The notes below the pieces were generated by a model. The model ran no database searches and had not been told where the DNA came from. It was given only the letters and a program-made list of their open reading frames with translations. A DNA stretch of 64,000 nucleotides from Spirochaetota bacterium (lineage in GTDB: Bacteria; Spirochaetota; UBA4802; UBA5550): the NCBI GenBank assembly GCA_963664815.2, contig CAXXHB010000003.1, positions 2,560,001 through 2,624,000 of the forward strand, in the 5' to 3' direction. Below, piece after piece: positions 7,735 to 17,758 of this stretch (position 1 is its first letter; every line of letters starts with the position of its first letter). The translations under genes and the position numbers were made by a program.

Positions 7735-8931
7735 TTACAACGAAAGAATTGCTTTTTCAAGTAATTCAATGCTGTTTATTATTTTATTACACATATCATA
7801 GAATTGTTTTACATGATTTGTATTTGTTATTGTTTCTTTTGAAATTTTGTGATCAGCCTCAGTACGGTAAGTTTTGATAGTATTAATATTTTCTACAAGG
7901 TTAATATTAAATTCCAATTTGTTCTCTAAAAGCTGTAACAATTGTATTGAACTTAATGGACGTTTTGTTTTAGAATGGATGAACTCATATTCTGAATAGT
8001 TAAATTTCTCTTTAAGAAATATTTTTAATGATTCACTATCAATATTATCTGGTCCAATAATTTTATATAATTCTGAACAACTATCACAAAAGGCTTTTTT
8101 TGTATTTTCAACAGGTGGTCGTAAATAAATGTTTTCAAATATTTTAAAAAGTGGTTTTATTGAAAAATATATATTTAAATTTTTTAATTTTTCTTTTAAT
8201 ATTTCAAAAATATCAGGAAAATCGACATATTCACCATCGTATGTTCTGGAGAGGAATAATTTAAAATTAGTATCATTTGGATCTAAAATAAAATCATTTA
8301 ACTCAAATGAACTCCAATATTTTTGCTCATCATGACTCATTGATTCTAAATCTTTTACAATTACTGATATGGCAGTATTACCATTATTTATTAATTTTTT
8401 CCCAAATCTTATATAAAGATAATTTGTATCTATAGAATCTCCAATGGATGCTATGGAACCACCTGCTAATGAATCATTAACTTCATATTTTTCCGGATGA
8501 TTATAATATCTTCTTAAAACTTCTTCCTTAAAAAATATTAATTCAATTTGATTTGCACCAAGATATAATCTTTTTGCATATTCAGGAATATTTTGTTTTA
8601 CTAAATCAGAGGAATAAAAGAATTGTTCTAAAACAGATTTTGAAGGGAAAAATATATGTGTTTTTATTTTTTTGCCTTGAGGAGATTTTCTTTTTGAACC
8701 AACTTTTATTGAAACAGAATATAATGTAACATTACTATTTATTTTGCCTTTACCTTCTGAAACAAATTTTTCAAATAATTTCATTGCTTCATTGTTGCTT
8801 ATCTTAAAGTATTTATCAAGTTCAATTGCTGATATACCACCGAAACGGTTAAACCAGATTTCTGCACATTTTTTAAGTATTTCATCTTCTGTAATATTAT
8901 AATCCAAAATGCTTTCCTTCAATTGTTGCAA
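7735..8931 (-). CDS. Hypothetical cassette protein with C-terminal RxxxxH (HEPN-like) motif
   Basis: 398 aa; helical C-terminus contains YRTEADH. Confidence 0.7.
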   Translation of the reverse strand: MQQLKESILDYNITEDEILKKCAEIWFNRFGGISAIELDKYFKISNNEAMKLFEKFVSEGKGKINSNVTLYSVSIKVGSKRKSPQGKKIKTHIFFPSKSVLEQFFYSSDLVKQNIPEYAKRLYLGANQIELIFFKEEVLRRYYNHPEKYEVNDSLAGGSIASIGDSIDTNYLYIRFGKKLINNGNTAISVIVKDLESMSHDEQKYWSSFELNDFILDPNDTNFKLFLSRTYDGEYVDFPDIFEILKEKLKNLNIYFSIKPLFKIFENIYLRPPVENTKKAFCDSCSELYKIIGPDNIDSESLKIFLKEKFNYSEYEFIHSKTKRPLSSIQLLQLLENKLEFNINLVENINTIKTYRTEADHKISKETITNTNHVKQFYDMCNKIINSIELLEKAILSL

Positions 8932-8946
8932 TTAACTTTTATAGTA

Positions 8947-9522
8947 TTAAATAAAGGTTAGAAACCTATCTATAAATGGCTGTAGGTATGCTTCTAATAT
9001 TCTTCTTGCGAAAAAATCATGCATCATTTTGAAATTATCAACATCCTTATCAAAATCATCTTGCTTCAAATCTTCAAGTTTTAAAGCTTTAAGAGCATCT
9101 TTATGATTTGCAATGGAACAAACGTTTCCGGAAACTAATTCCTTAAATAAATTATACATTATTTTGTGTTTTGAAATTTCGTCATTTTTAGTATCATTTC
9201 TGTTATCTTCTGGATTTATTAAATTTAATATATTTTCATAAAAAACGATTACCTTTAATACATCTAACCAGTCATAGTAAATCTCAATACCGTATCTATT
9301 CTTAATTTCAAATTTAAATAAAAATATAGAATATTTTCTAATATCATAATCTTTCCAGTATTTTTCTTTAGCAATCCTTATCTTTTCATCAAGTGTATCT
9401 TCAAATAATTGTTTGTATTCATAAGAGAAAAATTCTTTTAGTAAATCTATTAACTCCAGTTCATCCTTAATGTTTAGTAATTTTGTTGTAGCTTTTTTAG
9501 TTTCTTCGATAGATGTTATCAT
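8947..9522 (-). CDS. Hypothetical cassette protein
   Basis: 191 aa with AGGAG RBS; first gene after the attI-like site. Confidence 0.75.
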   Translation of the reverse strand: MITSIEETKKATTKLLNIKDELELIDLLKEFFSYEYKQLFEDTLDEKIRIAKEKYWKDYDIRKYSIFLFKFEIKNRYGIEIYYDWLDVLKVIVFYENILNLINPEDNRNDTKNDEISKHKIMYNLFKELVSGNVCSIANHKDALKALKLEDLKQDDFDKDVDNFKMMHDFFARRILEAYLQPFIDRFLTFI

Positions 9523-9572
9523 TTTCCACTCCTAGTAACATTACTATAATCAAAAAGTTTTTCGAGCATTAC

Positions 9573-9651
9573 ACCTAACTTGTACTATCCGAACAATCTT
9601 TCGCACAACACATGAAAAATCCGGAAAAAAGCGAAAGAAGTTACGTATAGT
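9573..9651 (-). other. attI-like site A (start of cassette array)
   Basis: Minus strand GTTCGGATAGTACAA-GTTAGGT core with an upstream inverted partner ACTATACGTAAC and no attC-style hairpin. The first ~20 bp after the core are complementary to 7715-7734. Confidence 0.65.
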
Positions 9652-10414
9652 AACCCCTATATATCCAGTGGACTCTTAATATTCCCGGGTTTCACCGTAC
9701 ATACATGTGTATAAATCATAATTGTATCAGGACTTTACCGTCCTGATAGTTCCTGTATTTTTCGTTACTCTTTTCAGGCAGTTGTGTAGAAAATTTATCA
9801 CTTGATGAGTCATCTTTAACCGTTTTCCGTCCCGGCATTTACAACATCCCGTTGAAACCAGTCCGCACAAACATCCCCTGTTGTTACTCCCCTTCTCCTG
9901 ATCTTTTAATAAACGGTTTCCATGATGCACTCTGCCGGATGGGTCTGTATGCATTTAATTTATTCACTCATTAAACAGCAGTTATTTCAATACTTTTTTT
10001 CAAATATTCAAATAAATATTAGGCTTGTTTCCAAACCAGTATTTGCAACACTCAGGAAACCTTGAGTGGTTTTTTTTAAGGGGCTCCTCCCCTTATACAC
10101 TGTAAAAAAGTTGTCTCTTTTTTATAAAGAACGGTAATTACTTTGTTGAATTGGCTGCTTTGCAATAAAAACATATGATGTGTTATTTGCACAAATCGTG
10201 CCGGAAACTGAAGTACACTTCAGTGATTATACCCCATCTGTCGCCATGTATATGCCTTTTATCCGCCACGAATCCGCCATCTATCCGGCGAAGTAACAGA
10301 AAAATTTTTTTGTTTTTTCAGTAAATTTTTTTAAATTCCCCTGTTTCAGGCGTATTAATGTCAAGCAGGGATGCCCGGTGGGGGCATTATAAGGCGCTCT
10401 CAGATAATTCACAC

Positions 10415-10850
10415 CAGTTTCGGAACCGCCTCTTCAGGTTTCTTTAACCACACCGCTCCCCGAGTGTTTCCAGTAAAACTGGAAATGTATCGAGGGGATC
10501 ACTACTGGAAAACTGTTTTCTTAAAATATATTAATAATATCATTCGTCTGAACACGATTACAGGATTAAAGGATTACAGGATTTTGGTTCATGTGCTCTT
10601 TGTTGAGCTCTTTGATGCTGTCCGTAATGTAATATTATCGATATGCCAAGGTCAACTCATGGACAGCTTCTCCCGGTATCTTAAACCACACCGTTCCCCG
10701 AGTGTTTCCAGTGAAACTGGAAATGTATCGAGGGGATCACTACTGGAAAACTTTTTTCTTAAAACTTATTAATATTATCAATATACCCGTGTCAGCTCCG
10801 GAACCACCTTTTCCGGTTTCTTTAGCCACACCACTCTCCTGGTTTTTTAA
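10415..10850. repeat. ~125-bp direct repeat (2 full + 1 partial) containing a REP-like hairpin
   Basis: CCCCGAGTGTTTCCAGT(A/G)AAACTGGAAATGTATCGAGGGG at ~10458 and ~10696 with shared flanks; partial copy from 10793. Confidence 0.85.
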
Positions 10851-11038
10851 GTGAAACCGTAAATGCTTTATCCTCCCCTCGCCATATGGTGAGGGTCCGG
10901 GGTGAGGTCTGCATCGTGCATCAACTGGTTCAGATTCAAATTCACTGCAGATTTATGACAAAATCCCGACTCTGTTTACAGAGTATTGAGTTTCGCTTAC
11001 ATTTCGTCTCAATTACGCCTCAAACACGTTACATACAG

Positions 11039-11578
11039 CTATAAACGCGCGTTTTTCTCTGTCGGTAACGGAGTTGAAACGGTATTGAAACGATTTTCAG
11101 CAGGGTCTACATACTGCTTAAATCCCGTTTTAATAGCTGTACCTCTGTCTTTTACTGCATTAATATTATTCTGCCCATCTGCTGATTTTCTGTTTTCTGA
11201 ATGATAACAGGTATATTCTGTAACTCTACTGGAAGAAGATACAACAACGGCATCCCCTGTTCCTCCGCTTCCCGATGGTGTTACAGGTGAACCTGGTGCA
11301 ATGCCGCGAAGGTATTCAGACATAAAAAGGTTGTACCCCGACTTTTTCTTCCTCTTTGCCCTGTTTCTGTAGAGAGCCTTCTCCTCCTCCGGAAGCACCT
11401 GCCAGGCCTTAACACCGCCGCCGAAATTACCCCTGCACTTCACCTGCGGTTCAGTTCGCGGATTAGCCGGGATTGTCCGTGCTTTAATGTAGATTTTACC
11501 ATAGCGCCTGTAAAACACAAGACCATCCAGACCTCCATGCGCAGTTCTTAAATAGGGATGAAGCTTAACTTTTGCCAT
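11039..11578 (-). CDS. Small basic protein, DUF6266-like N-terminus with low-complexity tail
   Basis: GGLDGLVFY...PANPRTEPQ...R.NF...WQVLPEEEKALY...SGYNLFMSEY; AGGAG RBS. Confidence 0.65.
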   Translation of the reverse strand: MAKVKLHPYLRTAHGGLDGLVFYRRYGKIYIKARTIPANPRTEPQVKCRGNFGGGVKAWQVLPEEEKALYRNRAKRKKKSGYNLFMSEYLRGIAPGSPVTPSGSGGTGDAVVVSSSSRVTEYTCYHSENRKSADGQNNINAVKDRGTAIKTGFKQYVDPAENRFNTVSTPLPTEKNARL

Positions 11579-11737
11579 GAATTTACACTCCTTTATTGCT
11601 GTTATATCTTATCATTATTTATATAGAAACTTATGTCTCTAATAACCAGTGCGGAAAAACAAATGACATGGCGCAAGCAGAATTTTTAAAAAATTTTATA
11701 TGTTAAAATATGTTTTGTTTTGCCCCCTTCGGGGGTA

Positions 11738-13441
11738 GCATGTTGAATAATAAAAATTCAAAACAGGAAGTATGAATTTTCTATAAATTTTTATTATACT
11801 TTCTAATTATTCAAATATTTTACTTCGACTTCATATACATCGCATAAACCATCCACGACATCTTCTCACGCTACTGCAGATTGAATTCCAACCCATCCTA
11901 TATCCGCTACTGCCTTCTGAAGTTTTTTCAGGTTATATGTAATGCCGGCCAGAATCGATATAGTATTACATTTCTTTCGTCCCCGCCAATTCAAACGGCT
12001 CAGACCATTGTTGAATTTCAAGTCAAAGAAATTGTGTTCTTTTCCAATACGCCTGTTATATTTATACTTCCATTCTTCGCTTTGCATTCGATCTCTATAT
12101 TTGAACCAGAGTTCTTTGTTATCAACATAGGTTTTTGATACCGTAAAGACTCTGCTCTTATTTCTATCCTTATCTTTCCAGCATGATGAATAATGCTCAC
12201 ATCCTACACAAAAATTACGGCTCAATGTGAATTTGTACTTATTGTCAGATTTTTCTAATCTCCCCTTTTTCTTACGTTTACCTTTGCAGAAAAAATATAC
12301 TCCATCTTCTTCTTGTTGTACATGATGTTCTCCCTTTATAAACCAGCTCTCTGTAAAATGTAATGGGGGTGCTATATATAAATCTTTACCTTCCTGAATT
12401 AATTCACTCATCTGTGTAATGTTGAAATAACCTTTGTCTAATAAATACTCACTTTCACATTTAACTGCATTGCTTTCTTTAGCAACTTCTACTTTTTCTA
12501 CCATATCTGAAAGCAGGCTTATATCGCTTTCTTTAGATGTGGCCTCTATTGAAAGAAGTATGTCGTTGCTGCAAAATGCCGCCTGCACGTTATATCCCTG
12601 AATATAGCTTTCATCCTTTTTAAGAAGCTTACTCTCACTATCGGTTAAGTTCACTTTTGTTTCAGGTGTGATTCTTTCCTCTTTGACCTCATCCTCATAT
12701 GACTTTATTTTCATCATGATCTGGTCATATTTATTTTTCTGCTTTTCTATCAGATCTTTCTCTTTATTTAATTCTTCTTCGCTTATTTCGTCCTTATCTT
12801 TTAACTCTGATATGTATTTTGCTCTCGCTAAAAGTTTCGCGGATAGGTTCTCATAATGTTTTAGCTTCTTATCGAAACCTTCCTTGTCTCGTGTAAATTC
12901 TTTACTGGCATTACTGCTTATCTTTGTACCGTCTATCATTATTCTGCGCCAGTCTATCAGATTTAATTCTTCAAGTATATATAATAAACGGGCAAAGATA
13001 ACTGGAATCTGATCTGGAAAATCGTTAAGAAAACGGCAAAGTGTCGAATAATCTATTGATCTGCCGCCGCTTAAAAATAAAAATCCGGGATGATTGCGAT
13101 TAAGCATTCTCTCGATCTTTCTCATCGACTCTATCCCCTGGCTTAATCCATATAAAATTACTTTCAATTTTGCCGAGGGCTCTATCGCCTTTTGCCCTAC
13201 CGTATCATTCTTATATTTTTTATCAAATGGTTTTGTATCAACATATTCATCTATGAATCTATCAATTACCTTCTCTATTGAATTATCATCAAATATTTCT
13301 TCCGGATATATTGTTAAAAAATATCCTTGCCCCCTCTCTATAGGTTTATACTTTGCCATGTATAATCTCCATACCTTTGATATTTTCATCATGGTTTATA
13401 ATTTCCTGCCTGTCAATTAATACTTTGATTAATCAACAGGC
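11738..13441 (-). mobile_element. IS1182-family insertion sequence
   Basis: Terminal IRs GCATGTTGAATAA (11738) and TTAATCAACAGGC (13441) enclose a single transposase. Confidence 0.8.
11866..13359 (-). CDS. IS1182-family transposase
   Basis: DUF772-like N-terminus (SMRKIER...DYSTLCRF), IDGTKISSNAS, TDSES, GYNVQ, LDKGY and EHNFFDLK motifs. Start MAKYK at 13359 is likely. Confidence 0.9.
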   Translation of the reverse strand: MAKYKPIERGQGYFLTIYPEEIFDDNSIEKVIDRFIDEYVDTKPFDKKYKNDTVGQKAIEPSAKLKVILYGLSQGIESMRKIERMLNRNHPGFLFLSGGRSIDYSTLCRFLNDFPDQIPVIFARLLYILEELNLIDWRRIMIDGTKISSNASKEFTRDKEGFDKKLKHYENLSAKLLARAKYISELKDKDEISEEELNKEKDLIEKQKNKYDQIMMKIKSYEDEVKEERITPETKVNLTDSESKLLKKDESYIQGYNVQAAFCSNDILLSIEATSKESDISLLSDMVEKVEVAKESNAVKCESEYLLDKGYFNITQMSELIQEGKDLYIAPPLHFTESWFIKGEHHVQQEEDGVYFFCKGKRKKKGRLEKSDNKYKFTLSRNFCVGCEHYSSCWKDKDRNKSRVFTVSKTYVDNKELWFKYRDRMQSEEWKYKYNRRIGKEHNFFDLKFNNGLSRLNWRGRKKCNTISILAGITYNLKKLQKAVADIGWVGIQSAVA

Positions 13442-13472
13442 AAGGGGTGCGGGGGCCGAGCCACGTCGAAGT

Positions 13473-13697
13473 GTGCGGGGTCTGATGAGTCCAGGTTGCT
13501 GAAAGTATACTTATACAAACAGCTCTTCTTTGCCCCTTCCGGGCGCCCGAGCGTAGCGACAAAGTACCCTTGGGGTAGGTGCGGGGTCAGAGAAGTCTAG
13601 GTTGCTGGAGGTATACTATACAAACAGCTCTGCCTTGCCCCTTCCGGGCGCCCGAGCGTAGCGACAAAGTACCCCCCCCCGGGGTAGGTGCGGGGGC
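13473..13697. repeat. ~106-bp tandem repeat (2 units + start of a third)
   Basis: Units start GTGCGGGG at 13473, 13579 and 13688 and share TTGCCCCTTCCGGGCGCCCGAGCGTAGCGACAAAGTACCC. Confidence 0.9.
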
Positions 13698-13747
13698 TTA
13701 GCTGCGTCGGATTCAGGGGGTTGGCCGTCAGGCCGGGGGAGTTAATA

Positions 13748-13865
13748 CCCCCCTATCCGCCCGATGGGCACCTTTCCCCATTAATGGGGCAAGGACTGTA
13801 AGAAATGTTTTCTGTTATTTCTCCACCCATTTATGGGGGGAGATGACCGGCGGCCAGAGGGGGCG
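13748..13865. repeat. Inverted pair of GC-rich REP-like palindromes
   Basis: CCCCCTATCCGCCCGATGGGCACCTTTCCCCATTAATGGGG and CTCCACCCATTTATGGGGGGAGATGACCGGCGGCCAGAGGGGG. Confidence 0.6.
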
Positions 13866-13969
13866 GTGCGGTGATTCCCGGTACTGTTTTTTCTTGACTT
13901 TATTTTATATCATAAAATCATAAGAATCTTCAGTTTTAATCTGAAGCAAATTCATGGCAGGCTGTATAA

Positions 13970-15256
13970 ATGACACTACAGAAAAACTCCGCAGAAACCA
14001 TAGACGACTCATTTGTCCGTAACACTATCGGTATATCTTCCGTTGAATTTTTCTGGGGCCTTGGTCTCCCTGTTATTTTTGAATCGGCCTTCCTGCAGAT
14101 TTTTCTGAAGCAGATCGGTGCATCCAACAAAACAGTCGGGTTAATACCCTCCATCCTTACAATGGGTGTAATGCTTTTCTCTCTCATCTCCGCATGGTTT
14201 ACATCGCACCTTGTCCATAAAAAACGGGCTGTGGTTCTGTCACATCTGTCAGCCGGAATCCCATTCCTTTTATTCGGAACATTTCTCCCCTATATTGATG
14301 AATCATGCCGTGTCATAATATTCCTTGCCTGTTACACAATATTTGCTCTGGCTCTCGGGCTTATAATGCCCTTATGGCAGAATTTTACAGTGAAAATTTT
14401 CCCGCCAGACAAAACCCTGAAGGCAAGTTCAATAATGATCACTACACAGGTAACTGCAAAGCTCCTGGGAAGCATACTTATTTTCAAAAGCGTGGAGCAG
14501 TATTCGTTTTCAATCAAAAGCGCATCACTTATATTTATCTCTGTAGGGCTTCTCTTTTTTACAGGTTCCTTCTTCTTTCTTATTGTTCATGAACAGCCGG
14601 GGAACAGCCTGCATACAAGATCCGGGCCTCATAACCTGAAATCATTCGCAGCTTCGGCAAAACATATATTTCGAAACAGAAATTATTTAAAATATCTTGC
14701 GGGCACAACAGAAGCCCATTCCACAATCGCGGTTTTATCTTTTTATGCCAACTATGCTGTGGAATTTAAAGGTATTGAAAAAAGCATCGCAGCAGGAATC
14801 TTTGTGGCATGCATTTACTCCTCAGGCGTGCTGACCAATATTCTGCTTGGATGGTTAAATCTTTTTTCTCTTAAAGCAAAATTTATTATAGCAAGAATCT
14901 CTGCAGTTACCGGGACTGTTATACTTATACTGGCAAATACTCTTCCGCTTTTTCTTCTGGTCAGTCTGCTGTTCGGTTTTTCAAGAGGGGTCAACCAGTC
15001 TGCGCATGCACCCGCAGTTAAACTCCTTTCCGGCCTTGATGACGCGACAGATTACTTCGCCATTTCGCCGGTTATTATTTTTCCTGTTTCTTTCAGCATA
15101 CCATTTATATCCGGTATTATTATTGATATGCTTTCCGGCTATGGTGCCGCCTCATATATAACTGTATTTATAATTCTTGCATCTTTGCAGGTTACCGGAC
15201 TTATCTTTACCATATATACAGACTTTAATCCGGGGTTAAAAAATGTTAAAGCTTGA
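13970..15256 (+). CDS. MFS transporter
   Basis: 428 aa with about 12 hydrophobic segments in two halves. Confidence 0.85.
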   Translation: MTLQKNSAETIDDSFVRNTIGISSVEFFWGLGLPVIFESAFLQIFLKQIGASNKTVGLIPSILTMGVMLFSLISAWFTSHLVHKKRAVVLSHLSAGIPFLLFGTFLPYIDESCRVIIFLACYTIFALALGLIMPLWQNFTVKIFPPDKTLKASSIMITTQVTAKLLGSILIFKSVEQYSFSIKSASLIFISVGLLFFTGSFFFLIVHEQPGNSLHTRSGPHNLKSFAASAKHIFRNRNYLKYLAGTTEAHSTIAVLSFYANYAVEFKGIEKSIAAGIFVACIYSSGVLTNILLGWLNLFSLKAKFIIARISAVTGTVILILANTLPLFLLVSLLFGFSRGVNQSAHAPAVKLLSGLDDATDYFAISPVIIFPVSFSIPFISGIIIDMLSGYGAASYITVFIILASLQVTGLIFTIYTDFNPGLKNVKA

Positions 15257-15617
15257 AGATCTGAGAGAATACTGCATGTCTAAGCAGAATGTTGAAGAGG
15301 ATTTCCCCTTTAATTCCGGCACTCTGACATTTAAAGTCTTCGGGAAAATATTTGCCCTTACCAATATTGACTCCGCAGAGTTCAGTGTAAATTTAAAATG
15401 CCGGCCGGAACATGCGCTGCAGCTTCGTTCAATGTATAAGCAGGTTACACCCGGTTACCATATGAATAAAAAACACTGGAATACCATTCTGATAGACGGG
15501 GCAATCCCCGACAGCGAAATCTGTCTTATGATTGATGAATCATATGAGCTTGTGCTTTCAGGGGTAAGCAGAATATTAAGAGACTCATTACATGGCAATA
15601 CAAATAATAATAAATGA
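15243..15617 (+). CDS. MmcQ/YjbR family DNA-binding protein
   Basis: FKVFGKIFAL, VNLKC and PGYHMNKKHWNT motifs. Confidence 0.92.
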   Translation: MLKLEDLREYCMSKQNVEEDFPFNSGTLTFKVFGKIFALTNIDSAEFSVNLKCRPEHALQLRSMYKQVTPGYHMNKKHWNTILIDGAIPDSEICLMIDESYELVLSGVSRILRDSLHGNTNNNK

Positions 15618-15633
15618 CACTGCAGACAGGCAT

Positions 15634-17379
15634 TTACCTCTCCATAACCCTTCTCACCACGGAAAGGAGATCCTCCAGAGAAAACGGTTTGGCTATAAAT
15701 GCATCAAACCCGTAATTCTTATAGTCTGATAAAACGGGATCATTACTGTATCCCGATATAACAATTGCCCTGAACGGCACACCCTGCTCTCTCATTATCC
15801 TCACAGCCTCCATCCCCCCCATTCCTCCGGGAATTGTCAAATCCGCTATTATCAGATCGACAGGTTTCCCTTCGGCCTCCATCTTTTCAAAAAGATCAAT
15901 TGCTTCACTACCCTCTGTGACAGTATAAATTTTTGCTCCTTCATCTTTCAGCAGTTCCTTCATTATATATCGTAACTGAGGTTCATCATCCATAATTAAA
16001 ACTGACAGATTTCTCAGATTTATAAAGTCATCCGGCGGGGCAATATTTTCGTTTTCTGATTCCGTTTCGCCGTATGATGGCAGATAAAGTATAAATTCCG
16101 AACCATGCCCGATCTCCGATCTTACATCTATACCGCCTCCATGCGTTTTAATGATTGTATGGCATATTGTAAGCCCAAGACCATTACCTCCGTTTTTTGT
16201 AGTAAAGTAGGGATCGAAAATCCTCTTAATGTTTTTGCTCTCTATACCATCCCCTTCATCCTTTATGCTTACAGCTACATAGTCACCTTCCGGAATGAAC
16301 ATTTCATTATTTTCATCCAGGCTGACATTCCGGATAGAAATTGTAATTACACCCCCCGACGGCATCGCCTGGGACGCATTGAGAATTATATTCTGTATAA
16401 CCTGACCAACCTGTCCCCTGTCTATATCCACCTTTGAAATATTATCTTCTGTTTTATATTCAAGCGCTGTTTTTGAACCGCTCATAATGAACTCCGCCGA
16501 TTCCTTTACGACTTCAGCTATATCCGTTATCTGTTTGACAGGCGTGCCGCCTTTGGAAAAAGCCAGCAGCTGTTCAGTCAGCTTTCTCGCCCTCATCCCC
16601 TCCTTTTCAGCTTTTTCAAGAAGAGTAAAAACCTTTTCTTTATTATTTATTTTTTTCCTGGCTAGTGATATATATCCGACTATGGCAGAAAGAATATTAT
16701 TAAAATCATGCGCTATACCCCCGGCAAAAATTCCGAGTGACTCCAGCTTGTGTGATCTTATTGTTTCATCATCTCTCTTTTTCCTGGCGGAAATATTCCT
16801 TATGATAATCAGTATTTTACCTTTGCCGAATTTTATTATTCGCGATTCATAAAACTGCTTCTCCCCCCCCTGATCAAGATCATATTCATAGGACTGCATT
16901 AAACCTGATTTGTTTAAAAGTTCAATTTTTCTTATTGTAAGTTCGGCCACATCAGCCGGAAGAACCTGGGTAATATTTTTCCCTATGAATTCAGATGGAC
17001 TGGCGTATAGTTCGCTTTCATTTTCGTATTTGTAGTCAACAAAGTTATAGCCGGAATCAAGAATAAAAAGCATATCAGGATTTGCATTTATCAGCTCACG
17101 GTTATTTTCTTCCGACTGTGCAAGTTTATCATTGGCAATTTTCAGTTTATTGGAATTCTTCTTTAGTTTTACTGACAGGTAAATTATTATTGAAATCATG
17201 GTTACTGCAGAAAGGAATATGAAGGTTAATACAGGTATTAAGTATCTCTCATTTTGAATAATTACCGGTAAGCCGCCGGGGTAAGCATATAATGGAGAAC
17301 AGAATATTGCATTACATAAAATTATCAAAACAACAACACTGTCTGCCCTGGCCTGATCTGTTATTTTAAATACCCGCAT
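15634..17379 (-). CDS. Hybrid PAS sensor histidine kinase/response regulator
   Basis: TM segments, PAS domain, H-box GIAHDFNN, G-boxes and receiver (MDDE, DLTIPGG, KPF). Confidence 0.95.
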   Translation of the reverse strand: MRVFKITDQARADSVVVLIILCNAIFCSPLYAYPGGLPVIIQNERYLIPVLTFIFLSAVTMISIIIYLSVKLKKNSNKLKIANDKLAQSEENNRELINANPDMLFILDSGYNFVDYKYENESELYASPSEFIGKNITQVLPADVAELTIRKIELLNKSGLMQSYEYDLDQGGEKQFYESRIIKFGKGKILIIIRNISARKKRDDETIRSHKLESLGIFAGGIAHDFNNILSAIVGYISLARKKINNKEKVFTLLEKAEKEGMRARKLTEQLLAFSKGGTPVKQITDIAEVVKESAEFIMSGSKTALEYKTEDNISKVDIDRGQVGQVIQNIILNASQAMPSGGVITISIRNVSLDENNEMFIPEGDYVAVSIKDEGDGIESKNIKRIFDPYFTTKNGGNGLGLTICHTIIKTHGGGIDVRSEIGHGSEFILYLPSYGETESENENIAPPDDFINLRNLSVLIMDDEPQLRYIMKELLKDEGAKIYTVTEGSEAIDLFEKMEAEGKPVDLIIADLTIPGGMGGMEAVRIMREQGVPFRAIVISGYSNDPVLSDYKNYGFDAFIAKPFSLEDLLSVVRRVMER

Positions 17380-17507
17380 ATTTATGTTTATCTTTATTCA
17401 GAGGATTTATAAATAATATAACTCAATAATAATACAAAGTCAAATCCTTACAGTCTTTATTAACCAGGAACATTACGATGTTTTTAAATTATAGCCTGAT
17501 TCACCAT

Positions 17508-17610
17508 TAATTCCTTAATATATATTTTAGTTAAAATAAACAATTATATCTCTCCGCCCCCTTCTCGATGGAGAATAGAGCATTTTCTGTTATATAAAAT
17601 TCAGGATTTA
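17508..17610 (+). mobile_element. ~105-bp MITE-like repeat, copy A
   Basis: TAATTCCT...AGGATTTA termini with a central degenerate hairpin; homologous to 23510, 37011, 39743 and 30518. Confidence 0.7.
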
Positions 17611-17758
17611 TTAGTGAATCCGTAATTATCTTCATTTAACTGAGTTTACTTAAAAAAATAATAGACTCTATATTTAAAATAATTATTATAAGCTCAGATT
17701 TATTGAACTATTAACAACTGTAGCAATCTGGCCAAATGTAAAATATCGGATATGAGAA

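Noticed and set aside
9727-9954. Integron integrase remnant
   Set aside because: No tyrosine-recombinase motifs recognised; probably a spurious ORF.
10415-10850. Possible CRISPR array or coding gene (ORF 10371-10772)
   Set aside because: Units are ~125 bp with irregular spacing; the ORF is simply a translation of the repeat.
11844-13399. ATAAACCAT inverted pair as IS1182 ends
   Set aside because: A better, family-typical IR pair exists at 11738 and 13441.
13473-13697. Possible CRISPR array
   Set aside because: The inter-repeat segments are near-identical rather than unique spacers, there are only two units, and no cas genes are present.
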